Assembly (NCBI GenBank): GCA_965364955.1
Contig: CBDTZS010000001.1
Span: forward strand, 5,324-69,323
Reading direction: 5' to 3'
From: an uncultured Tenacibaculum sp.
GTDB lineage: Bacteria > Bacteroidota > Bacteroidia > Flavobacteriales > Flavobacteriaceae
DNA length: 64,000 nucleotides
This document shows positions 26,312 to 36,855 of the stretch, in pieces (the first letter of the stretch is position 1; each line of letters begins with the position of its first letter). The translations under genes and the position numbers were made by a program. The notes beneath the pieces are model-generated. The model saw only the letters and a program-made list of their open reading frames with translations. It made no database searches and was not told the origin of the DNA.

Positions 26312-26923
26312 TTATTCGAAATCATTGGCAACGTCTATATTTACTCCGTCAATAAACTTCAAAAATTCATCACGTCCTAATCCGGTTTCAGAAGAGGTAA
26401 GAAATGATGTTGGAAGTGTTTCCCAATGTTGTAGTAATTTCTTTTTATAAGAAGCAATTTGTTGGTTTATTTTAGAACTCCCTAATTTATCTGCTTTTGT
26501 GAAAACGATGCCAAAAGGAATTTGATTTTCACCTAAAAACTGCATAAATTCTAAATCTATTTTTTGAGGATCATGACGAGAATCTATTAAAACAAAAGTA
26601 AAAACTAATTGTTCTCTTTCTTTAAAATAGTTTTCAATAAAGTATTGAAAAATGGTTCTTTTCTTTTTTGAAATCCGAGCATAACCATAACCAGGTAAAT
26701 CTACTAAAAACCACTCTTGATTTATTTTGAAATGATTAATAAGTTGTGTTTTTCCAGGTTTTCCAGAAGTTTTTGCCAGATCTTTACGTTCCATCAACAT
26801 GTTGATTAACGAAGATTTACCAACATTTGAACGGCCTATAAAGGCATATTCTGGTATTCTGTCCTTAGGTGCTTTCATAACATTACTGTTACTCATCACA
26901 AACTCAGCAGATCTTATTTTCAT
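26312..26923 (-). CDS. engB: ribosome biogenesis GTP-binding protein YihA/EngB
   Basis: G1 motif GRSNVGKSSLIN, DLPGYGYA, and TKADK (G4). Confidence 0.9.
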   Translation of the reverse strand: MKIRSAEFVMSNSNVMKAPKDRIPEYAFIGRSNVGKSSLINMLMERKDLAKTSGKPGKTQLINHFKINQEWFLVDLPGYGYARISKKKRTIFQYFIENYFKEREQLVFTFVLIDSRHDPQKIDLEFMQFLGENQIPFGIVFTKADKLGSSKINQQIASYKKKLLQHWETLPTSFLTSSETGLGRDEFLKFIDGVNIDVANDFE

Positions 26924-26949
26924 AAATACAGGTTAAGCTATTTAGGCTA

Positions 26950-27714
26950 TTATATATTTCGTTTAGAAAGCCAGCTTTCTAAAATTTCATTAAATTGTTC
27001 AGGAGTTTCCATCATCGCAGCATGCCCACATTTATCAATCCAAAATAAATCTGAATCAGGTAATAACTTGTGGAAATCTTCTGCAACTTCAGGAGGAGTT
27101 ACACCGTCTTGTTTTCCCCAAATAAGGCAAGTTGGTTGTTGCATATTCGGTAAATCATTAGCCATATTATGTCTAATAGCACTTTTGGCAATAGAAAGTG
27201 TTTTTAATGCTTTGATTCTGTCATTTACAATAGCGTAAATGTCATCAACTAATTCTTTTGTAGCTACTTTTGGGTCGTAAAAAACTTCTTGAGCTTTTGC
27301 TTCAATGTACTCGTAATTACCTCTTTTAGGATAGCTATCTCCCATAGATTTTTCGTACAAACCAGAACTTCCTGTTAAAACCAGAGCGGCAACATCTTTT
27401 GGGTAATGTTTTGTGTAGTATAAGGCAATGTGGCCACCTAGAGAATTCCCTAGTAAAACAACATTTTTAAGGTTTTTGTATTCGATAAAATCATGTAAAA
27501 AACTAGCTAAATTTTTTACGTTTGTTTTTAGTAAAGGTAAAGTGTATAAAGGTAATTCTGGGATTAAAACACGGTAGCCTTTTTTAGATAAATGTTTAAA
27601 AGTTTCATCAAAGTTACTAAGAGCCCCCATTAAACCGTGTAGTACGATTAATGTTCTCCCTTCTCCTGCTTCTGCATATGTAAAATCGCCTTCTTTCTTT
27701 AAAAATTCAGTCAT
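26950..27714 (-). CDS. alpha/beta hydrolase
   Basis: Oxyanion motif VLHGLMG, nucleophile elbow GNSLGG, and C-terminal His in CGHAAMME. Confidence 0.8.
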   Translation of the reverse strand: MTEFLKKEGDFTYAEAGEGRTLIVLHGLMGALSNFDETFKHLSKKGYRVLIPELPLYTLPLLKTNVKNLASFLHDFIEYKNLKNVVLLGNSLGGHIALYYTKHYPKDVAALVLTGSSGLYEKSMGDSYPKRGNYEYIEAKAQEVFYDPKVATKELVDDIYAIVNDRIKALKTLSIAKSAIRHNMANDLPNMQQPTCLIWGKQDGVTPPEVAEDFHKLLPDSDLFWIDKCGHAAMMETPEQFNEILESWLSKRNI

Positions 27715-27850
27715 TGATGTCTAGGTTTGACTTAACGACAAATGTAGTCCTTTTTTGTTAAATTTTCATTTTTATTATTTGACGGTTAGAGGTAGTGTTA
27801 AAAGCTCTTAGGCTCAGTTTTTTAGCTAAAAAGTCAAAACTTATCAACAA

Positions 27851-27880
27851 AGTGGTAAAAAGTGGTAAAAAGTGGTAAAT
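27851..27880 (+). promoter_or_regulatory. three tandem 10-bp direct repeats AGTGGTAAA(A/T): predicted MraZ operator
   Basis: AGTGGTAAAA AGTGGTAAAA AGTGGTAAAT lies immediately upstream of the mraZ -7 box. The 10-bp phasing and GTGG core match published MraZ boxes. Confidence 0.6.
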
Positions 27881-27886
27881 ATTATT

Positions 27887-27894
27887 TATTTTTG
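27887..27894 (+). promoter_or_regulatory. Bacteroidota -7 promoter box (TAnnTTTG) of the dcw operon
   Basis: TATTTTTG ends 22 nt upstream of the mraZ GTG. Confidence 0.5.
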
Positions 27895-27916
27895 ATGCAA
27901 ACTACGAAACCTTAAC

Positions 27917-28384
27917 GTGATAAATTTAATTGGAACATACGAGTGTAAAGTGGATGCTAAAGGGAGGTTGATGATGTCATCGGCTTTCAAGAAGCAATTG
28001 TCTTCTGTGTTGCAAGATGGTTTTGTGGTTAAAAGGTCTGTTTTTCAGCCATGTCTGGAGTTGTATCCGATTCAAGAGTGGGATTTAATGATGCAAAAGA
28101 TTAATAAATTAAATCGATTTGTAAAGAAAAATAATGATTTTATTAGACGGTTTACCGCGGGTGTAAAAACGGTTGAGGTAGACGCTTCTGGTAGGGTGTT
28201 GATTCCGAAAGATTTATGTCAATTCGCAGGTATAGGTAAGCAAGTGGTGCTTTCTTCGGCTGTTAATATTATAGAGATTTGGGATAAGGATAAGTACGAA
28301 AAAGTAATTGATGATGCTGTTGTTGATTTTGCTGATTTAGCAGAAGAGGTGATGGGTAATACAGATGTAGATGAGTTATCATAA
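27917..28384 (+). CDS. mraZ: transcriptional regulator MraZ
   Basis: GTYECKVDAKGRL and VEVDASGRVLIP are the two SpoVT/AbrB-like DxxxR repeats. GTG start. First gene of the dcw cluster. Confidence 0.9.
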   Translation: MINLIGTYECKVDAKGRLMMSSAFKKQLSSVLQDGFVVKRSVFQPCLELYPIQEWDLMMQKINKLNRFVKKNNDFIRRFTAGVKTVEVDASGRVLIPKDLCQFAGIGKQVVLSSAVNIIEIWDKDKYEKVIDDAVVDFADLAEEVMGNTDVDELS

Positions 28385-29267
28385 TCCGGTTTTATTAAAG
28401 GAGAGTATAGATGCACTTAATATTAAAGAAGATGGTGTGTATGTGGATGTGACTTTTGGTGGCGGTGGTCACTCAAGAGAAATATTAAGTAGGTTGGGAG
28501 AAAATGGAAAGCTGTTTGCTTTTGATCAGGATCCTGACGCGCAGCAAAATAAAATAGACGATGAACGTTTTGTGTTGATTGGGGAAAATTTTAGATTTAT
28601 TTCTAGGTTTTTGCGTTTTTATGGGATTCGAAAGGTTGATGGTGTTTTAGCTGATTTAGGAGTTTCTTCTCATCAATTTGATGAAGCTGAAAGAGGGTTT
28701 TCTACCCGATTTGATGCTGATTTAGATATGAGAATGGATAAGAAGTCAGATTTATCTGCTAAGAAAATCATTAATAAGTATAATGAAGAAAGATTAGCGG
28801 ATGTATTGTTTTTGTATGGTGAGTTAAGGAACGCTAGAGCGTTAGCGAAAAAAATAATTGAGGCTAGGCAAGTAGAAGAAATAGATACGAGTTTTCAGTT
28901 AAAAGAAGTATTGAAAGAGTTTCTTCCGCAAGCTAAAGAGCATAAGATTTTAGCACAGATATTTCAAGCAGTCAGAATAGAAGTGAACCAAGAGTTGGAG
29001 GTGTTGAAGGAGTTTTTAGAGCAGATGCCAGGGTTGCTAAATGAAGAGGGGCGATTAAGTGTTATTTCGTATCACTCATTAGAAGATAGGTTAGTGAAAA
29101 GGTTTATAAGAACTGGTTTGTTTAGTGGGGAGCCAGAAAAAGATTTTTACGGAAATATCAGTGTTCCTTTGAAAAGAGTTGGAAAAATGATTATTCCAAC
29201 AAAGGAGGAGATAAAAATAAATAACAGAGCGAGAAGTGCAAAGTTACGAGCAGCAACACTTAAGTAA
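28371..29267 (+). CDS. rsmH: 16S rRNA (cytosine1402-N4)-methyltransferase
   Basis: Motifs YHNPVLL, DVTFGGGGHS, DLGVSSHQFD and SYHSLEDR. Confidence 0.93.
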   Translation: MSYHNPVLLKESIDALNIKEDGVYVDVTFGGGGHSREILSRLGENGKLFAFDQDPDAQQNKIDDERFVLIGENFRFISRFLRFYGIRKVDGVLADLGVSSHQFDEAERGFSTRFDADLDMRMDKKSDLSAKKIINKYNEERLADVLFLYGELRNARALAKKIIEARQVEEIDTSFQLKEVLKEFLPQAKEHKILAQIFQAVRIEVNQELEVLKEFLEQMPGLLNEEGRLSVISYHSLEDRLVKRFIRTGLFSGEPEKDFYGNISVPLKRVGKMIIPTKEEIKINNRARSAKLRAATLK

Positions 29268-29596
29268 TGTCTAAAGTAAGAGAAGGAGTTTACGATATTT
29301 TACGAGGGCGGTTTTTGACAGATGATAGTTCTTTTAATAATTGGAGAATATTAATTTTTATAGTGATTTTATTATTAATAATGATATCAAGTTCGCATCG
29401 TTTAGACGAGAAAGTTGTGAAGACAGCAGAGCTAAATAAAAAGAAAAGGGAGTTACGGGCAGAAGATTTTGATACAAGCACGGAATTAACAAAAATGAAG
29501 CTGGAGAGTAGTATCCGGAAGAAAGTTAAAGTTAAAGGGTTATTTCCTTCAGAAAAACCTCCTCAGAAAATAAAAGTAACAACTAATAAAGAATAG
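29267..29596 (+). CDS. ftsL: FtsL-like cell division protein
   Basis: 109 aa with a single TM helix and then a coiled region. Lies between rsmH and ftsI. Confidence 0.6.
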   Translation: MSKVREGVYDILRGRFLTDDSSFNNWRILIFIVILLLIMISSSHRLDEKVVKTAELNKKKRELRAEDFDTSTELTKMKLESSIRKKVKVKGLFPSEKPPQKIKVTTNKE

Positions 29597-29602
29597 ATAA
29601 AA

Positions 29603-31615
29603 ATGGTGATAAAGAAAGGTATATTAAACAAACTCTATGTGGTTGCGGTTTTAATGACACTTTTCTTTGTGGTTATTATTTTTAGAATTTTCAATCTTCA
29701 GTATGTAGAGGGAGATAAATACAGAAAGCTTTCTTTAGAGAAAACTGAAAAAAACTTCACGATATATGCAAATAGAGGTAACGTGTATGCTGCGGATGGA
29801 AATCTTTTGGCAACTTCAATGTCAAAATACACAATACGAATGGATGTTGTTTCTGTGAAATCAGAAGTGTTTGAAAAAAATATTAGATCACTTTCTGAAG
29901 CTTTGTCAGGATTATTAGGTAAGCCAGCAAAGTACTACCAGAAAAAAATAAGACAAGCAAAAAAACAAAAAAATCGCTACTTGTTAATCGCTCGAAATGT
30001 GGGGTATAATGATTATGTGAGGATGAAAAAATTTCCAATTTTCAGAGAGGGAATTTATAAAGGCGGCTTTATTGCTGAACAAAATACTACTCGAGTACAC
30101 CCTATTGGGAAAATAGCTGAAAGAACAATTGGTTATGATAATCAAAAAGGAGGTGCAGGAATAGAAGGAGCCTTTGCCGATTATATGCAGGGAGAAAATG
30201 GTTCACGTTTGAAGCAAAAAATTGCAAAGGGTCAATGGAGACCAATTAATGATGTAAATGAAAAAGAACCAATAGATGGTAGTGATGTCATAACAACTAT
30301 CGACGTAAATATTCAAGACATAACACACCATGCATTGTTAAGACAGCTAGAGTATTTTGAAGCTGATCATGGATGTGCAGTAGTGATGGAGGTTGAGACA
30401 GGTGAGATAAAAGCAATATCAAATTTAGGAAGAACTTCAGTAGGTAAATATTACGAAAAAAGAAATTATGCAGTTTGGGAAAGTCATGAGCCAGGATCTA
30501 CTTTTAAGTTAGCTAGTTTAATGGCTGCTTTGGAAGATAAAGTTGCAGATACATCTGATGTTGTTGATTGTGAAAAAGGGAAGATTTTCATAAATAAAAG
30601 AAAAGTAGAAGATAGTAAAAGAGGTGGTCATGGTAAAATTTCATTAGCGCGTGTTTTTGAGGTTTCGTCGAATGTAGGGATTGTGAAAACGATTCAAAAA
30701 CATTATGATAAAAACCCGGAAAAATTTATTAATCGAATTAAATCGTTTGGTTTAGATCAATTAACAGGGGTTAAAATAAAAGGAGAAGGGAAGCCGTATA
30801 TTCCAAGCCCTTCGGAAAAAAGATGGAGTCCAATTTCATTAGAATGGATGGCTTGGGGTTATGGAATTCATTTAACGCCATTACAAACATTAGCTTTTTA
30901 TAATGCTGTAGCAAACGACGGAAAATTAGTAAAACCATTCTTTGTTAAAGAATTAAGAATAGGAGGGAAAGTAGAAAAGCGTTTCGGCACTGAAGTTGTA
31001 AAAGAAAAAATAGCTTCTCAGATTACCTTGAATAAGGTGAGGAAGGTTATGGAGAATACGGTAAAAAAAGGAACAGCAAAGAATATCTATTCTTCAAATT
31101 TTTCGATGGCAGGGAAAACAGGGACAGCTCAAAAATGGATTCCTAAGCAAAAAAATAAAGAAGGTATTGTAGTTTATGGTCATTATTCTAAGAAAAAATA
31201 TGTGGCTTCGTTTACGGGGTTCTTTCCTGCGGATAACCCTAAATATTCGTGTATTGTAGTAATTCATAGTCCTAAGAAAGAAAAAGGATATTATGGAGGT
31301 ACGGTAGCTGCCCCTGTGTTTAAGGAGATTGCTCAAAAAATTTACACGACAACGCCTGTGGATATTCAATCAGTATCTGATCAAATTTCTGACGCTAGTA
31401 TTGATAAAGAGTATCAGGATTATTATAAGAAATTAAGAAAATATAAAACGATTATGCCTAGGGTTACGGGTATGAGTGGAATGGATGCAATAGCGTTATT
31501 AGAAAACATGGGTTTGAAAGTTAAATTCTCTGGAATGGGAAAAGTGACTGAGCAATCTATAGATAAAGGAATAAAAGTAACAAAAGGAGCAACGGTTTAT
31601 TTAAAGTTATCATAA
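29603..31615 (+). CDS. ftsI: peptidoglycan D,D-transpeptidase FtsI (PBP3) with C-terminal PASTA domain
   Basis: N-terminal anchor, STFK active-site serine motif (GSTFKLAS), SSN (VSSNVG) and KTGTA. The C-terminal ~60 aa are PASTA-like (MPRVTGMSGMDAIALLENMGLKV...). Confidence 0.9.
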   Translation: MVIKKGILNKLYVVAVLMTLFFVVIIFRIFNLQYVEGDKYRKLSLEKTEKNFTIYANRGNVYAADGNLLATSMSKYTIRMDVVSVKSEVFEKNIRSLSEALSGLLGKPAKYYQKKIRQAKKQKNRYLLIARNVGYNDYVRMKKFPIFREGIYKGGFIAEQNTTRVHPIGKIAERTIGYDNQKGGAGIEGAFADYMQGENGSRLKQKIAKGQWRPINDVNEKEPIDGSDVITTIDVNIQDITHHALLRQLEYFEADHGCAVVMEVETGEIKAISNLGRTSVGKYYEKRNYAVWESHEPGSTFKLASLMAALEDKVADTSDVVDCEKGKIFINKRKVEDSKRGGHGKISLARVFEVSSNVGIVKTIQKHYDKNPEKFINRIKSFGLDQLTGVKIKGEGKPYIPSPSEKRWSPISLEWMAWGYGIHLTPLQTLAFYNAVANDGKLVKPFFVKELRIGGKVEKRFGTEVVKEKIASQITLNKVRKVMENTVKKGTAKNIYSSNFSMAGKTGTAQKWIPKQKNKEGIVVYGHYSKKKYVASFTGFFPADNPKYSCIVVIHSPKKEKGYYGGTVAAPVFKEIAQKIYTTTPVDIQSVSDQISDASIDKEYQDYYKKLRKYKTIMPRVTGMSGMDAIALLENMGLKVKFSGMGKVTEQSIDKGIKVTKGATVYLKLS

Positions 31616-33079
31616 TTGAAGAAGTTAAAAGACATATTATATAAAGTATCTATAAATAAAATTTATGGAGATGCTGATGTTGTAATTAATAACATTCAGT
31701 TTGATAGCCGATTGGTCCAGAAAAATGACATTTTCATTGCTCAAAAAGGGATCGCCACTGATGGTCATAAATTTATAGAAAAAGCGTTGAGTCTAGGCGC
31801 TACTGTTGTGGTATGTGAAAATATTCCTGTTAATAGAAAAGAAGGAATAACGTATGTTGAGGTTGGAGATTCTAATTCAGCGTTGGCAATTATGGCAACC
31901 AATTTTTATAGTAATCCATCTGTGAAATTACAATTAGTTGGTGTTACAGGAACAAATGGTAAAACAACGATTGCAACATTATTATATAATCTGTTTAAAA
32001 AAGCAGGTTATAAAGTTGGGTTGTTGTCTACTGTTAAAGTAATCGTTGATGATGAAGAGCATCAAGCTACGCATACAACGCCAGATTCTTTAGCGATAAA
32101 TAAATATTTATCGTTAATGGTTCGTCAAGGTGTAGAATATTGTTTTATGGAAGTTAGTTCTCATGGTATTCATCAAAAACGTACAGAAGGCTTGAACTTT
32201 GTGGGAGGTGTTTTTACAAACTTATCTCACGATCATTTAGATTATCATGAAACCTTTGCAGAGTACAGAGATGTGAAAAAAGCATTTTTTGATTCTTTAC
32301 CTAAGTCAGCATTTGCTTTGGTAAATATAGATGACAGAAACGGACAAATAATGCTGCAAAATACCAAGGCAAATAAGCAAACGTATGCACTAAAAACGTT
32401 AGGTGATTTTAAAGCAAAAGTTTTAGAGAAACGTTTTTCTGGGAGTTTGTTAACGATAAATGGTGTAGAAGTTTGGACGAAATTAATTGGGGAGTTTAAT
32501 GCCTCTAATTTATTAGCAATTTTTGGAGTTGCAAACTTATTGGGCCTTGAAAAATTAGAAACACTAAGGCTTATAAGTGAGTTAGAGAGTGTAAGTGGGC
32601 GTTTTGAATACGTGATTTCAAATGAAGGAGTAATAGCAATTATTGATTATGCACATACGCCAGATGCACTTAAAAATGTTTTACAAACCATAAATGATAT
32701 TCGCACAGGAAATGAAAAAGTAATTGCTGTTGTTGGCTGTGGCGGAGATAGAGATAAAACAAAGCGACCAAAAATGGCGATGATAGCTTCTCAGTTAAGT
32801 GATCAGGCGATATTTACTTCTGATAATCCAAGGTCTGAAGATGCTCAAGTAATTGTTGATGAGATGGAGGAAGGAGTATTGGCTGAGAATTATAGAAAAA
32901 CATTGTCAATCTTAAATAGAAAACAAGCTATAAAAACTGCGTGTAAATTAGCAGTAACGGGAGATATAATATTGATTGCTGGAAAAGGGCATGAAAATTA
33001 TCAAGAGATAAATGGCGTAAGACACCATTTTGATGATTTAGAAGAAGTAACCAATTGTTTTAATCAACTAAAAAACTAA
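31616..33079 (+). CDS. murE: UDP-N-acetylmuramoyl-L-alanyl-D-glutamate--2,6-diaminopimelate ligase
   Basis: GVTGTNGKTT P-loop, a DNPR motif (SDNPRSED), and GKGHE. TTG start directly after the ftsI stop. Confidence 0.92.
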   Translation: MKKLKDILYKVSINKIYGDADVVINNIQFDSRLVQKNDIFIAQKGIATDGHKFIEKALSLGATVVVCENIPVNRKEGITYVEVGDSNSALAIMATNFYSNPSVKLQLVGVTGTNGKTTIATLLYNLFKKAGYKVGLLSTVKVIVDDEEHQATHTTPDSLAINKYLSLMVRQGVEYCFMEVSSHGIHQKRTEGLNFVGGVFTNLSHDHLDYHETFAEYRDVKKAFFDSLPKSAFALVNIDDRNGQIMLQNTKANKQTYALKTLGDFKAKVLEKRFSGSLLTINGVEVWTKLIGEFNASNLLAIFGVANLLGLEKLETLRLISELESVSGRFEYVISNEGVIAIIDYAHTPDALKNVLQTINDIRTGNEKVIAVVGCGGDRDKTKRPKMAMIASQLSDQAIFTSDNPRSEDAQVIVDEMEEGVLAENYRKTLSILNRKQAIKTACKLAVTGDIILIAGKGHENYQEINGVRHHFDDLEEVTNCFNQLKN

Positions 33080-33085
33080 CCTAGA

Positions 33086-34312
33086 ATGCTCTATTATATA
33101 TTTCAATATTTAGAAAGTGAATTTAACCTTACGGGAGCAAGCGTGTTTCAGTTTATTACGTTTCGTGCGGCGACAGCATTTATTTTGTCTTTATTGATTT
33201 CAACAATATTTGGAAAAAAGATAATCAATTTTTTAAGAAAGCAACAAGTAGGAGAAACAGTAAGAGATTTAGGTTTGGTTGGTCAGGTACAAAAAGCAGG
33301 AACACCAACTATGGGAGGAGTTATTATAATTCTTGCAACTTTAGTGCCAGTACTATTATTGGCTAAATTAGAAAACATTTACATCATTATTTTATTAATA
33401 ACCACAGTTTGGATGGGGTTAATTGGTTTTACTGATGATTATATAAAAGTATTTAAAAAAGATAAAGCTGGTTTAAAAGGGAAGTTCAAAGTATTAGGTC
33501 AGGTTGGTTTAGGAATAATTGTAGGGTCTATGCTGTATTTTCATCCAAACGTAACAATTAAAGAGCAGCTTCCTGATGTGCAACAAATAGCACAAGAAAA
33601 CGGAAAAGTAAAAGTGTTTGGTGATGCACATAAATCAACTAAAACAACAGTTCCTTTTTTAAAGGATAATGAATTAGACTATGCAAAAGCTTTTAACTTT
33701 TTAGGAGATGGTTATGAGAAATATGGTTGGATTGTTTTCATATTCGTAGTTGTTTTTATAGTGACAGGAGTGTCAAACGGAGCAAACTTAACGGATGGTA
33801 TAGATGGATTGGCAGCAGGAACATCCGCAATTATTGTTGTTGTTTTAGCAATACTTGCATGGATTTCGGGGAACATCATTTTTGCTGATTATCTCGATGT
33901 AATGTATATCCCAAACTCGGGAGAAATGACGGTGTTTATATTCGCCTTTGCAGGTGCTTTAATCGGTTTTCTTTGGTATAATACATATCCTGCACAAATA
34001 TTTATGGGTGATACGGGTAGTTTAACTATTGGTGGAGTTATAGCCGTTATCGCAATTGCAATCCGTAAAGAATTATTGTTGCCCATTTTAGCAGGAATTT
34101 TTGTAATTGAAAATTTATCGGTAATAATTCAAGTTTTTTGGTTTAAATATACTAAAAAGAAATATGGAGAAGGACGACGTGTTTTTAAAATGGCACCATT
34201 GCATCATCATTATCAAAAATTAAATTACCACGAAACTAAAATAGTTACCCGTTTTTGGATTGTAGGAATTCTATTAGCGGTATTAACAATTGTAACCTTG
34301 AAATTAAGATAA
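33086..34312 (+). CDS. mraY: phospho-N-acetylmuramoyl-pentapeptide-transferase
   Basis: Motifs [24 protein letters not shown] and APLHHH. Confidence 0.95.
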   Translation: MLYYIFQYLESEFNLTGASVFQFITFRAATAFILSLLISTIFGKKIINFLRKQQVGETVRDLGLVGQVQKAGTPTMGGVIIILATLVPVLLLAKLENIYIIILLITTVWMGLIGFTDDYIKVFKKDKAGLKGKFKVLGQVGLGIIVGSMLYFHPNVTIKEQLPDVQQIAQENGKVKVFGDAHKSTKTTVPFLKDNELDYAKAFNFLGDGYEKYGWIVFIFVVVFIVTGVSNGANLTDGIDGLAAGTSAIIVVVLAILAWISGNIIFADYLDVMYIPNSGEMTVFIFAFAGALIGFLWYNTYPAQIFMGDTGSLTIGGVIAVIAIAIRKELLLPILAGIFVIENLSVIIQVFWFKYTKKKYGEGRRVFKMAPLHHHYQKLNYHETKIVTRFWIVGILLAVLTIVTLKLR

Positions 34313-34313
34313 G

Positions 34314-35648
34314 ATGAAAAGGTTGGTGATTCTTGGTGGAGGAGAAAGTGGGGTTGGAACCGCGCTGTTGGGGAAGCAAAAAGGTTTTGATGTTTTTGTT
34401 TCTGATAAAGGGAATATAGCAGAGAAGTACAAAAAAGTTCTTTTACATAATTCAATTGATTTTGAAGAGAATCAGCATACTGAGAATAAAATTTTCAACG
34501 CGAACGTAGTAATGAAAAGCCCTGGTATTCCAGATACTATTGTGTTAGTACAAAAGTTGATTTCAAAAGGAATAAAAGTAGTTTCAGAAATTGAATTTGC
34601 ATCTGAATTTACCAATGCAAGAATAATTGGTGTTACAGGTTCAAATGGGAAAACAACCACAACGATGCTGTTAGGTCATGTGCTTAAAAAAGCAGGATTA
34701 AATGTTGGTATTGGAGGTAATATCGGAGATAGTTTTGCGAAACAAGTTACTGAGCAAAATTATAATGAGTATGTGTTGGAGCTCAGTAGTTTTCAGTTAG
34801 ATGGGATAGTGAGTTTTAGACCTCATATAGCGATCATCACAAATATATCGCCCGATCATTTAGATCGATATGATTATGATTTCGGGAAATATATAGATTC
34901 AAAATTCCGGATAACAAAAAATCAAACAGAAAATGATTTTTTAATATATGATGCAGATGATGAAGCGATACAAAATTGGTTAAGTAAAAATAAAGTTAAA
35001 GCAAAAATGATCCCATTTTCAGTAAAGAAAGAATTGGAATACGGAGCTTTTTTAAGACAAAATAAAATAATAATGAAATTAAATACAGAAGAGATACTGA
35101 TGAAAGTTTCTGAATTAGCATTACAAGGAAAGCACAACACAAAAAATACAATGGCGGCATCTATGGCTGCAAGGTTACTAAAGGTAAGAAAAGAAACAAT
35201 TGCCGAAAGTTTAGCGGATTTTGAAGGTGTTGAGCATCGTTTAGAAAATGTACAAAAAATTAATGGAGTACAGTTTGTTAATGATAGTAAAGCAACAAAC
35301 GTTAATGCGGTTTTTTACGCTTTAGAATGCATGGATAATCCAACAGTTTGGATTGTTGGTGGAGTTGATAAAGGAAATGATTATACCGATTTGTTACCAT
35401 TAGTTAGAGAAAAAGTAAAAGCAATAGTGTGTTTAGGTTTAGATAATCAAAAAATCATTGAGACTTTTGGCAGTGTAGTAGATATTTTGGTAGAAACAGC
35501 TGGTGCTGAAGAAGCAGTTAAAGTGGCAAACAAAGTGGCTGAAAAAGGAGACGTTGTTTTGTTATCACCTGCATGTGCTAGTTTCGATTTGTTTGAGAAC
35601 TACGAAGACAGAGGTAATAAATTTAAGGAAGCAGTTAGAGATTTATAA
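34314..35648 (+). CDS. murD: UDP-N-acetylmuramoylalanine--D-glutamate ligase
   Basis: Motifs GVTGSNGKTTT, NISPDHLDR and NDSKATN. Confidence 0.93.
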   Translation: MKRLVILGGGESGVGTALLGKQKGFDVFVSDKGNIAEKYKKVLLHNSIDFEENQHTENKIFNANVVMKSPGIPDTIVLVQKLISKGIKVVSEIEFASEFTNARIIGVTGSNGKTTTTMLLGHVLKKAGLNVGIGGNIGDSFAKQVTEQNYNEYVLELSSFQLDGIVSFRPHIAIITNISPDHLDRYDYDFGKYIDSKFRITKNQTENDFLIYDADDEAIQNWLSKNKVKAKMIPFSVKKELEYGAFLRQNKIIMKLNTEEILMKVSELALQGKHNTKNTMAASMAARLLKVRKETIAESLADFEGVEHRLENVQKINGVQFVNDSKATNVNAVFYALECMDNPTVWIVGGVDKGNDYTDLLPLVREKVKAIVCLGLDNQKIIETFGSVVDILVETAGAEEAVKVANKVAEKGDVVLLSPACASFDLFENYEDRGNKFKEAVRDL

Positions 35649-35664
35649 AAATAGAAACTGATTA

Positions 35665-36855
35665 ATGAAAACCATTTTTCAACATATAAAAGGTGATAGA
35701 GCTATATGGGCAATTGTTACTGTATTGGCAATATTTTCATTTATGCCAATATACAGTGCTAGTACTAATTTAGTATATGTGGTTGGTAAAGGCTCTACTT
35801 TTGGTCATTTGGTAAAGCATATAGTATTATTAATTACTGGTTTTGGAGTGATTTATGGGGTGCATAAGATACCGTATAGATATTTTAGCGGAGGAGCAGT
35901 TTTAATGTTGCCAGTAGTGTTGTTGTTATTAATAGTTACTTTGGCGCAAGGAACAACAATAGGCGGAGCAAATGCAAGTAGATGGATTCGAATTCCGTTT
36001 GTGGGCATAGGTTTTCAATCCTCTACATTGGCAGGGTTGGTTTTGATGGTTTATGTGTCAAGATATTTAGCTAAAAACAAAGAAAAAGCAATCGTATTTA
36101 AAGATAGTTTATTGCAATTGTGGTTACCTGTGGGATTGGTGTTAATATTAGTGCTTCCTGCAAATTTTTCTACTACAGCCATCGTGTTTTTAATGGTTTT
36201 GTTATTGACTTTTATAGGTGGGTATCCATTAAAATATATAGGGTATATATTAAGTATAGGGCTTTTTGCTCTATTGTTATTCATATTAGTAGCAAAAGCT
36301 TTTCCAGATGCAATGCCAAATCGTGTAAGTACTTGGCAAAGTAGGATTGAAGGTTTTTCTAAACCAGAAGGAAAAGAAAATTACCAAGTTGAAAAAGCGA
36401 AAATAGCCATAGCTACGGGAGGAATAATAGGGAATGGACCAGGTAAAAGTGTGCAAAAAAACTTTCTACCTCAATCATCGTCAGATTTTATATATGCTAT
36501 TATTGTAGAAGAATATGGATTTGTAGGAGGAGTGGTAGTTATGTTTATGTATTTTATATTGTTATTTCGAATTTTAATTACAGCAAAAAAAGCAACAACA
36601 ATTTTCGCAACATTAATGGTTGTAGGTGTTGGAATTCCAATTGTTTTTCAAGCGATGATTAATATGGCGGTAGCCGTAAATTTATTGCCGGTAACTGGGC
36701 AAACACTTCCATTAATTAGTAGTGGAGGTACTTCTATTTGGATGACTTGTTTTGCGTTGGGAATGATATTAAGTGTTAGTGCTTCTAAAAACGAAACAGA
36801 AGAAACAATTTTAGATGATAATCCTTTAGATATTTTACATGAAACAATTGATTAA
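35665..36855 (+). CDS. ftsW: FtsW/RodA/SpoVE-family peptidoglycan polymerase (divisome FtsW)
   Basis: Polytopic protein with [14 protein letters not shown] and [10 protein letters not shown] motifs. Placed between murD and murG. Confidence 0.85.
   Translation: MKTIFQHIKGDRAIWAIVTVLAIFSFMPIYSASTNLVYVVGKGSTFGHLVKHIVLLITGFGVIYGVHKIPYRYFSGGAVLMLPVVLLLLIVTLAQGTTIGGANASRWIRIPFVGIGFQSSTLAGLVLMVYVSRYLAKNKEKAIVFKDSLLQLWLPVGLVLILVLPANFSTTAIVFLMVLLLTFIGGYPLKYIGYILSIGLFALLLFILVAKAFPDAMPNRVSTWQSRIEGFSKPEGKENYQVEKAKIAIATGGIIGNGPGKSVQKNFLPQSSSDFIYAIIVEEYGFVGGVVVMFMYFILLFRILITAKKATTIFATLMVVGVGIPIVFQAMINMAVAVNLLPVTGQTLPLISSGGTSIWMTCFALGMILSVSASKNETEETILDDNPLDILHETID

Noticed and set aside
27851-27880. Short tandem repeat AGTGGTAAAA x3 considered as a CRISPR-like array or minisatellite
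   Set aside because: It has only three 10-bp units without spacers, placed exactly at the mraZ promoter. It is better explained as an MraZ operator. No CRISPR array is present anywhere in the window.
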